A stretch of DNA of 64,000 bases from Acanthaster planci (lineage: Eukaryota): assembly GCF_001949145.1 (NCBI RefSeq), contig NW_019091359.1, positions 3,956,460 through 4,020,459 of the forward strand, in the 5' to 3' direction. The first letter of the stretch is position 1. Each line of letters begins with the position of its first letter. The translations under genes were made by a program, and so were the position numbers. This document shows positions 59,601 to 64,000 of the stretch, one piece after another. The notes below the pieces were generated by a model, which worked only from the letters and a program-made list of their open reading frames with translations, was not told where the DNA came from and made no database searches.

Positions 59601-62600
59601 TGAAAACGGAAAAACCCTTAATATTTTTGAACATGTACCGGTACGTGTGCTCATTGTAGGTGTCAACTGAGATTTTCTCTTAGTCACATGTAAAGGGGTA
59701 CTTGGTGCTCATACATGTAGAACACTAAATCCTTCTCCCCATGAAATTATTCTCACTTGCTATAATTTGAAACATGCTTAATTTACACAATGCCTGAGAA
59801 TAAATCATTTGTAATCTTTTGTATTCCAGCTGTACTTTGTCAGTCTGAAGTAAAATGCAATATGCAAGCTTTCATATTCATGCTCAAACAGAGAAGCCTT
59901 TGAGCCTGAAAATTTGCTTTAATCATTTGATAACCTGTTAGTTTAAATTTATTATACAGGGTGTCTTAAAAAAAGGAAACTGAGATTAAACTTCAAATAT
60001 CTTGGATACTACTCAACATTGCTGTGTCATGGCAGATGGAGTAATAGGTTTGCAGTAACACCATGCAAAATATCTGTTTCTTGAGTCTGTGTGGTTCTGG
60101 TTCTTTTCAGACCACATATACTTGAAAAAGAGATTTTTTGCATGATGCTACAGCAAACCCATTACTCAACTTAAAATTATCATGATAAGAGGATTTCAAC
60201 CTCTTTTGGTAAGTACATATATAAGCCGGACACTCACGTACATGTACATGTATGATAAACTCTATACATGTAGACTGAAACTTTTTGTTGTCCATCATTC
60301 AAAGCCCAGCCACTCTTTCCAGTGTTAGTTGCTCTTTCCTCCCTAACTGTTTGCTTGTTTTTTTTTTAAGTTATCTGATTACCTTGCGGATAGTGATGAA
60401 GACATAAAGCAGTAGTTGTCTTTACCAATTCCAAGTGGAAAGGTAACAAAAATCAGAGGAAAAATGCAAGTGGTGTGTTCACATTTTTCTGCTCACAACA
60501 CACTGAAGTCTCTTGTCCCTGGTCAAAGGTTCACATGATCATTTGTGTTGCATGTTTTTTATTTTTGGTGATTTGAGAGCAATATGTCAAATAAAAAATA
60601 TGTTTTACCAGTATATGAGCTAGACAGGTTCAATTTCAGCCCAGTGGATACATGTATGTTTTGAGAAAATGTGTCCATAACATCTTTATACAGAACATAC
60701 TTAATTTACAGTTAACAGTATTTTATGGCAATTTCATTTAAGAACTGGATTTGATCACAGGAAGGCTGACTACAGTATCAGAGTCAGCTTTTAAAACATC
60801 AATGCCATCTCAGTGATCATGGTGTTTTACTCTGAATCAGAGGGTGAAATGTTACTGTAATAACACAAATTGATACTTAAATTTGGTCAAATGAGCATTT
60901 CAATGACAACAGTAAATAATCCAGTCTTTACTCAGAGTGTGGTTTTTTTCACATTAACCTGCCATGTTTACTTGGTAAGATTCTCAATGATCGCAGATTA
61001 TCTTGTGGACCTTTTTCATTGCCTTGCACCTTGGCATAGTCACTAAGTTTAACTGTTCTACACATGGTTACCCTGTTTGTCTTGGCCTGGCCTTTATGGT
61101 CTGATCTTTTTTTTATTTATAGTGTTTGTCACTGAATCCTAGGTTTGAAACCTTGTGACACCTCCATGTTTTTTGTAATTGTTTTGTGCCTTTATAAACT
61201 TTCTTTTTAATTAATTTTCCATTCAAAAATCAACACTACTGTTCCTTAATCACCCACAGGTTAGTACAGAGAGGTACTTATTTTATGTAAACACCAGTCG
61301 TTGCCAAGCTATTGACAGTTTTAATGAACTAAACTGACTAATACAAAGTGTGTGGCACATCTGGTCAAGTCTTTTCTGTTTTTATTGCACATCTCACATG
61401 GTTTGGTCTTGAGGAAATCGTAAGTACTGTACATAGCCAGTGCTTGACTGTGAAATATTGTATAAATATTTCTCTCCATTTATAATATCAATACTGCATC
61501 ATGAAATGTACTTCTGTTTTACATATCAAGGAGGCCAGTTGGAGATTAACTCTCATTTGCGTCCAAACTTTGGGAGGTTGAAACCGTTTGATATCATTGT
61601 AACAAACACTAATCTGATAACAGTGAATCTCTCGTAAAAATTCTCTTATGACACATATTCCTAATGTTTCCTGTACAACTCTCCCTAAAAGCTTTACAAA
61701 ACCTGTAAACTTTCAAAGTGGGAGTGAATTAGTACCTCTAAACTGTTGTTGGAGGATGCAAATCAATGCAAGTGTGTACTAAATTGTGAGTAAAGATCAA
61801 CATTGTGTAACTCCCACTCCTCAGTAATTACAAAAAGCTCTCAATCATCTGTTTTTATTCATGCTTTCAGAGCTACACCTTGCAAATCTGCCTTATCTAA
61901 ATGGGGGGGGGCTACAATCATTCAATATATATTGGGAATAAACAGGAGTTTGGGATGCATTGTGAATCACTTCTGTTGTAACCTTCAGTTTTGTGTCTCA
62001 TTGTATTTTTGCTCTTTTAACGATACCCATCTCCAAACATGAGCAGGTTCTGGCTTTTGTGTGTCGGTAACTAACAAGTTGACTCCCCAACAGAACCAAT
62101 TTGGCTTAACAGTTGTGCTGAGATATTAAATTATGCATTGACTTACATGAAATTGGCTTAAATGGTAACAAACATCTTCATCTTGCCACTGGTTAGCCTA
62201 ATGTAATAACCAATTGTCTCCTTCATTGACTTACATGTACCACTGCTGCATAAATTTGAAATGACCAATGAATTAATATCTCTGCTTAACTTGTACTCCT
62301 ATGAGCCTGTCATACAGTATTGGCAGCTCAATAATAAATTATGCCATACATTGTATGGATAAGTTGCCAAGCTACTGGTACTAAGTTTGGTTTGTGATGA
62401 CCAGTGGTTTACCTACATGTAGGTTCATTACAATACAGGAGGGGCCATGTCCCTCCATGTATTTTAATGAACTTGGATCTGCCGTTCATAATAAACATGT
62501 AGTAAGCACTGTATCTGACCAAATTCCGTAACTTCTGTATCTAACTCTAGAAATTAGATGTCCTTTTTTTGTGTCCCTGTCACATCTGACATGATTTTGT

Positions 62601-63560
62601 AAGTTCAGAACATATTTTCCAATTTCGAAGAGTGATGAATTAATGGAAATAACCTGCCAATTAAATAGCAATATTTTGAAATCGATTTCTGTGATATTTC
62701 CAAAACAAAGGTCAGATGTAACTGGAACCCAAAAATGTCACACTTTTTGACTCCTAATTTCTGGAATAACCCCTGTACCACAGGTGTTACATGTACATGT
62801 ATGTCTCAGTTATTCTCTATATACATATACATGTAAGGTCTGTTTTATTCTTCAGTCCTACGACCATGTCGATGTAACACCTCTGTATCAAGTAAAAACG
62901 TTTTGTGTGAAATTTGTGAACTTACTGTAAGTGATGTTCATACACTGACATTCCTTACAAAAGTCTATTTTCTGCTAGAAATTGAATACACTAAGTATAA
63001 ACAACAAAGCTTGCTAATGTACAATCACTTTTTCTAAATACTGCAATAGCATCATTGTATTCTGTATTTTGCCACTCTGAATCTTTTGCGTCAGTGAATT
63101 AATTTTCAGTAACTTCTTTGAATTTAGTTTTTTACAATTGTAATTGTATTCTCAATTTAAACTACTATGATGCCATTTTGACAATGATTACCATTTCTAA
63201 GAAGCTGAACTCAATTTTTTGGGGGGGTTTACTATAACCACCTTAACATCAATGTTCTTTCTTGCCTCATCATTTATCTGTCAGACTGTCGCTCCAGATG
63301 ATGACAATGACCACCCTGATGGAACCATTGCAGCTCCTTCTCTTCCTGGACAGTCTCAAATAGACCAACCCTTGCAAGCCAGCAGGAAGCTTGGAGAGAG
63401 AGAACGGACTATGATGATGAAGGAGAAAATGGCCAAGAAACGCAAAAATCGCAGGTCAAGCCTGGTGGCTGCACCAGACATGGAATCACTGTCGCAGATG
63501 ATTAAAGAACAAAAGGAGGAGACGCCTGCAACCTTAGCTGAAGAACTCACACTGTCCTAA
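10438..63560 (+). CDS. Uncharacterised giant protein (~2808 aa, 46 coding exons): N-terminal EF-hand-like domain plus five ~415-aa Glu/Lys/Arg/Gln/Leu-rich alpha-helical repeats (trichohyalin-like composition only)
   Basis: ATG in ACCATGG with an in-frame upstream TGA. The 46 exons listed below join with GT-AG and matching phases to 8427 nt ending TAA at 63560. The internal repeat motifs recur in order across exons, which independently supports the joins. Confidence 0.88.
11246..11671 (-). mobile_element. Probable solo LTR
   Basis: 426 bp, TGTAG...CTACA termini, flanks CATAC/CATAA (5-bp TSD with one mismatch), minus-strand AATAAA at 11334-11339, more GC- and CpG-rich than the host intron. 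Confidence 0.45.
11694..12092 (+). CDS. giant repeat protein, exon 2
   Basis: VCSGGNRC...WWDFQALDSRGNHRITPREAL...FLVLQ; EF-hand-like; phase 0/0. Confidence 0.9.
12283..12948. mobile_element. Non-autonomous Tc1/mariner/pogo-type DNA transposon (MITE)
   Basis: TA|CAGTCGACTCTCGGTAA...TTAACGAGAGTCGACTG|TA: TIRs plus TA target duplication. Confidence 0.85.
13093..13181 (+). CDS. giant repeat protein, exon 3
   Basis: EDELSQTVD...KRKLNR; CG|GTGAGT; phase 0/2. Confidence 0.85.
13543..13712 (+). CDS. giant repeat protein, exon 4
   Basis: WVNLGVEALIF...ALEQKYDILREKLL; phase 2/1. Confidence 0.9.
13841..14134 (+). CDS. giant repeat protein, exon 5
   Basis: GDPIWSSMSEGEQQ...YAQRVQ; phase 1/1. Confidence 0.9.
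15219..15459 (+). CDS. giant repeat protein, exon 6
   Basis: GVTTCGQLLIDLHKRY...MATGLAERPQQYMCP; phase 1/2. Confidence 0.88.
16422..16605 (+). CDS. giant repeat protein, exon 7
   Basis: FDSDRDLNELLALERL...KKHSHECE; phase 2/0. Confidence 0.85.
17405..17613 (+). CDS. giant repeat protein, exon 8
   Basis: VMIYLLQGKES...GLYHEN; phase 0/2. Confidence 0.87.
18061..18184 (+). CDS. giant repeat protein, exon 9
   Basis: RTEIRGG...VLADLQQKQAQE...MQTM; phase 2/0. Confidence 0.87.
19058..19215 (+). CDS. giant repeat protein, exon 10
   Basis: TADILKELW...WLDNVSAVI...ALEAKYDVL; phase 0/2. Confidence 0.87.
19580..20114. mobile_element. Non-autonomous piggyBac-like element, copy 1
   Basis: TTAA|CCACTTGCTGC...GCAGCAAGTGG|TTAA; internal sequence shared with 56672-57221. 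Confidence 0.8.
20241..20412 (+). CDS. giant repeat protein, exon 11
   Basis: EKILTDQL...GESQWLMMSEQERQ...GADK; phase 2/0. Confidence 0.9.
20876..21005 (+). CDS. giant repeat protein, exon 12
   Basis: DSKHLQKLMGKNREEYEKQLAARL...SDES; phase 0/1. Confidence 0.87.
21315..21600. mobile_element. Decayed MITE-like inverted repeat
   Basis: Left arm ATAGACC...TCACATGACCTATAGTGGATATTAA pairs with right arm TTGATACCTACTTTAGGTCATGTGA... Confidence 0.55.
23965..24217 (+). CDS. giant repeat protein, exon 13
   Basis: DSEEAG...LLLDLQSRY...FDEAALLLGLAER; phase 1/2. Confidence 0.9.
24669..24793 (+). CDS. giant repeat protein, exon 14
   Basis: MKADRERQLLLARERL...VPAE; phase 2/1. Confidence 0.87.
25015..25218 (+). 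CDS. giant repeat protein, exon 15
   Basis: GDINGWRETVLKELDRKHILERELL...PDKK; phase 1/1. Confidence 0.88.
26470..26539. repeat. 19-bp tandem repeat, about 3.5 copies
   Basis: CATCAGCCAGAAATAGTCA x3 plus a partial upstream copy. Confidence 0.9.
26629..26822 (+). CDS. giant repeat protein, exon 16
   Basis: EEKEGHRDILEEAG...ILADLQEEQERE...LVSM; phase 1/0. Confidence 0.88.
27318..27443 (+). CDS. giant repeat protein, exon 17
   Basis: SEEELSKMRIKQ...DDAILK; phase 0/0. Confidence 0.83.
27763..27919 (+). CDS. giant repeat protein, exon 18
   Basis: ALDKKYDALKDKLL...GEKEWARMKEQDRQ; phase 0/1. Confidence 0.9.
28196..28275 (+). mobile_element. Possible tRNA-derived SINE head
   Basis: A-box-like TAGCTCAGGCGGTTAAG and B-box-like GAGTTCAATC; no cloverleaf. 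Confidence 0.35.
28347..28490 (+). CDS. giant repeat protein, exon 19
   Basis: GKMDALAALLG...RRKKKIAE; phase 1/1. Confidence 0.88.
28899..29196 (+). CDS. giant repeat protein, exon 20
   Basis: GGNLDDIEEE...LEDLQRRY...AALVMGLAER; phase 1/2. Confidence 0.88.
29639..29777 (+). CDS. giant repeat protein, exon 21
   Basis: LKHDRQRQESLAKQRI...NSMQ; phase 2/0. Confidence 0.88.
30043..30177. mobile_element. Palindromic MITE-like element
   Basis: GACCTGTAA...TGCTTTGTTTACAT...CTTCCTA versus TAGGAA...ATGTAAACAAAGCA...TTACAGGTC. Confidence 0.7.
30761..30935 (+). CDS. giant repeat protein, exon 22
   Basis: DAVIRTLEKKHNLERETL...AMDV; phase 0/1. Confidence 0.88.
31514..31707 (+). CDS. giant repeat protein, exon 23
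   Basis: GKKQENQVILSEA...IMADLQQQQARE...LPDK; phase 1/0. Confidence 0.88.
32325..32519 (+). CDS. giant repeat protein, exon 24
   Basis: DFESLVH...ALQGKFDALKDKILTEALMKQ; phase 0/0. Confidence 0.9.
33094..33331 (+). CDS. giant repeat protein, exon 25
   Basis: IGEAEWAVLSEKERQ...GKYDEAAALLG...RVAQ; phase 0/1. Confidence 0.9.
33420..33456. repeat. Short inverted telomere-motif hairpin
   Basis: CACGTAACCCTAACC...GGTTAGGGTTACGTG, perfect 15-bp arms. Confidence 0.8.
33481..34240. repeat. 60-bp minisatellite (about 9 conserved and 3 degenerate copies)
   Basis: Unit ACTGATCTATCCAGCTCTGTGTTGGTCTTCCTTTCAGAATGCTACGCAGGAGTTCTATGA stacks line by line. Confidence 0.95.
34241..35222. mobile_element. Probable non-autonomous hAT-type element with internal GACTT(G) repeats, spanning an N gap
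   Basis: Termini CAGAGTTGC...GCTACCTCTG; flanks GCTCTACT/GCTGTACT (8-bp TSD with one mismatch); GACTTG repeats on both sides of the gap. Confidence 0.6.
34539..35143. other. Assembly gap (N run)
   Basis: Run of N. Confidence 1.
35419..35537 (+). CDS. giant repeat protein, exon 26
   Basis: GMTEEEINQLE...NILEDLDNRLDA; phase 1/0. Confidence 0.86.
35936..36117 (+). CDS. giant repeat protein, exon 27
   Basis: ERDALLAGL...FDAAALAMGLAKQ; phase 0/2. Confidence 0.88.
36525..36732 (+). CDS. giant repeat protein, exon 28
   Basis: REKERQRQMQLAKERL...KHEQERDVLIE; phase 2/0. Confidence 0.88.
37126..37287 (+). CDS. giant repeat protein, exon 29
   Basis: LMQDQEKSSLR...QIDIFS; donor AGT|GTAAGC; phase 0/0. 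Confidence 0.85.
37847..38005 (+). CDS. giant repeat protein, exon 30
   Basis: KATALTME...LLADLQQQQEQE...LGSK; phase 0/0. Confidence 0.88.
38529..38711 (+). CDS. giant repeat protein, exon 31
   Basis: TLTTLKQL...WNDNVAGTV...ALEVKYDTLRDKLLSE; phase 0/0. Confidence 0.88.
38815..38977 (+). CDS. giant repeat protein, exon 32
   Basis: ALMKQMGEVEWARLSERERQ...GKYDEAAALLG; phase 0/1. Confidence 0.9.
40209..40505. repeat. About 100-bp tandem repeat, 3 diverged copies
   Basis: CACACCTGTTGCCCTCAGTRGTAACCCGTGCAC...AATGACTCA...GCCAGTATGG recurs. Confidence 0.85.
40760..40950 (+). CDS. giant repeat protein, exon 33
   Basis: ELTKLLGNTKAEQGERLKQRLERRR...KKRR; phase 1/0. Confidence 0.87.
41406..41626 (+). 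CDS. giant repeat protein, exon 34
   Basis: NILEELNSHFEDERDQLL...FDTAALIFGMAQQ; AA|GTGAGT; phase 0/2. Confidence 0.88.
41598..42486 (+). repeat. About 85-bp tandem repeat made of the end of exon 34, its donor and the start of the intron; mostly inside an N gap
   Basis: AATCTRAGTGAGTYGAGAGTGTAGAT...GATCAACTCT...GGAGCTRTAGATGA at 41620 and 42426; GCAACAA.AGCA.GCT.GGG at 41600 and 41685. Confidence 0.75.
41705..42425. other. Assembly gap (N run)
   Basis: Run of N. Confidence 1.
42856..43085 (+). CDS. giant repeat protein, exon 35
   Basis: LKKDKERQKQLARERI...TQKD; phase 2/1. Confidence 0.85.
43452..44176. other. Assembly gap (N run)
   Basis: Run of N. Confidence 1.
44448..44587 (+). CDS. giant repeat protein, exon 36
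   Basis: VGVTLHTTILDEIEKKHGMERDLLL...LTEQ; phase 1/0. Confidence 0.85.
44996..45155 (+). CDS. giant repeat protein, exon 37
   Basis: ELMNELKIG...AILLRME; phase 0/1. Confidence 0.82.
45995..46523. other. Assembly gap (N run)
   Basis: Run of N. Confidence 1.
47278..47657. mobile_element. MITE-like element with about 80-bp imperfect inverted arms
   Basis: AAATGGACAGAGCGCATGCAT...GGTATTGATG versus CATCAATACC...ATGCATGCACTCTGTTCATTT. Confidence 0.65.
48016..48158 (+). CDS. giant repeat protein, exon 38
   Basis: DYRRTLTIK...LLAELQLKQSSE...SFDE; phase 1/0. Confidence 0.83.
48793..49030 (+). CDS. giant repeat protein, exon 39
   Basis: DPEMLETD...LKNLEAVVFGG...ELQEK; phase 0/1. Confidence 0.87.
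51090..51175 (+). CDS. giant repeat protein, exon 40
   Basis: VNAMKATGENVDPSALLAELEAQHAAKRK; phase 1/0, bridges exons 39 and 41. Confidence 0.8.
51470..51655 (+). CDS. giant repeat protein, exon 41
   Basis: TMQDQLQRQRRLMRSRL...KQTSL; phase 0/0. Confidence 0.87.
52396..52524 (+). CDS. giant repeat protein, exon 42 (3' end uncertain; alternative donor after 52567)
   Basis: MKDRLAQRREKRHQAE...AAAERL; TTG|GTACAG phase 0. Confidence 0.75.
53057..53206 (+). CDS. giant repeat protein, exon 43 (alternative start 53070)
   Basis: PPGLGMQREKTVIDV...KQTQQ; CAG|GTCAGT. Confidence 0.8.
53514..53618 (+). CDS. giant repeat protein, exon 44
   Basis: LKERIQQRKNRYQDAATMLLGLGERQKTMVAKSQK; phase 0/0. Confidence 0.86.
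54040..55560 (-). pseudogene. Degraded mariner (DD34D-type) transposase, split by a LINE insertion
   Basis: Minus-strand remnants in the correct order: EVYRDETMSHACVFEWY (HTH), VIMGHET*VFQYDLETQQQSFQWK, KSKIKVM, [LINE], GQVHHEFLSEGKTVNQHFYREV, WILHHNNALAH, YLPDLAP and, after a frameshift, DFWLFPTLK; stops and frameshifts throughout. Confidence 0.85.
54381..55066 (+). mobile_element. 5'-truncated LINE (Rex1/Babar-like, CR1/L2 group): RT C-terminal region, 3' UTR and tail
   Basis: FLGVYMTNNLKWTTHIDFLVRKAQQRLFSLRRLRSF...FYQAVVESVLT, then HPANDLFQRMRSDKHYRSIRADSTRTFNSF; ends in (TTGAA)n-like repeats. Confidence 0.85.
55863..56096 (+). CDS. giant repeat protein, exon 45
   Basis: EERDRQLTMVKERIEKV...KKGTKR; AGG|GTAGGT; phase 0/0. 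Confidence 0.87.
56672..57221. mobile_element. Non-autonomous piggyBac-like element, copy 2 (diverged)
   Basis: TTAA|CCACTTCCTGC...CTGCAAATGG|TTAA; shares GACCGTACTYGGAACAAAA and GCAGGCCTGGCTGAAATA...GGAGAATTTTGAAAAC with copy 1. Confidence 0.75.
63285..63560 (+). CDS. giant repeat protein, terminal exon 46
   Basis: TVAPDDDNDHPDG...KKRKNRRSSLV...ELTLS*; pyrimidine tract plus CAG acceptor, phase 0. Confidence 0.8.
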   Translation, partial: TVAPDDDNDHPDGTIAAPSLPGQSQIDQPLQASRKLGERERTMMMKEKMAKKRKNRRSSLVAAPDMESLSQMIKEQKEETPATLAEELTLS

Positions 63561-64000
63561 AGCAATTTAAGAGTTTCTGTAGTGGAGTTTATTTCAAAAT
63601 GAAAAGACCCTCAAGTGGTATTTTAGAAAGATGCACCAATAACTTTTGTTGAAGATTAGGCATTGTTGTTTTAGAGGTTAAGGGTTGTGTTTGATGGAGT
63701 TAAAAAAATAACAAAAATAGAAGAAAATATTAGAAACTTTAGTCACAACAAAATGCCATAAATAGAGTCAGATTAAGAATATTCTATATTTCTTACGGCA
63801 ACTTTCTATTTGGAATACATATATATGTACGCTGGATGTTGCCATGGACTGATATGTGCTACAGCATACTGTGTGCTGCACCTTGACAAACTTGTCCAAC
63901 TTTTTGTTTCCGCAAAACAAATAGGAGATAAGCTTGTGTATATTTTTGTTGGGAAGAGATTACTGAAATTCCCTATGAAATTTGTTACATTGAATCATTT

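Noticed and set aside
10438..63560. Calling the large gene trichohyalin, plectin, EVC2 or another named gene
   Set aside because: Only compositional resemblance (E/K/R/Q-rich helices, EF-hands). I recognise no diagnostic sequence, so no symbol is given.

Overview
This is AT-rich, intron-rich animal (invertebrate-like) genomic DNA with four N gaps and two divergently transcribed genes. (1) Minus strand: the first six coding exons (399..6299) of Host cell factor 1 (HCFC1), covering the Kelch beta-propeller; the gene continues left beyond the window. (2) Plus strand: one complete 46-exon gene (CDS 10438..63560, 8427 nt, about 2808 aa). I assembled it by hand with GT-AG junctions and consistent phases. 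It encodes a protein I cannot name: four degenerate N-terminal EF-hand-like motifs, five tandem ~415-aa charged alpha-helical super-repeats with ordered conserved motifs, a partial sixth repeat and a basic tail. Two intron positions are shared by all five repeats. A CpG-rich region between the genes carries YY1, CCAAT, GC-box, CRE and X-box-like motifs. The introns hold MITEs (TA-, TTAA- and 8-bp-TSD types), a decayed mariner split by a Rex/Babar-like LINE, a probable solo LTR, tandem repeats that copy splice signals, and a large excess of the palindrome TACATGTA (possible transposon excision scars). All calls were made by eye; no searches were run.
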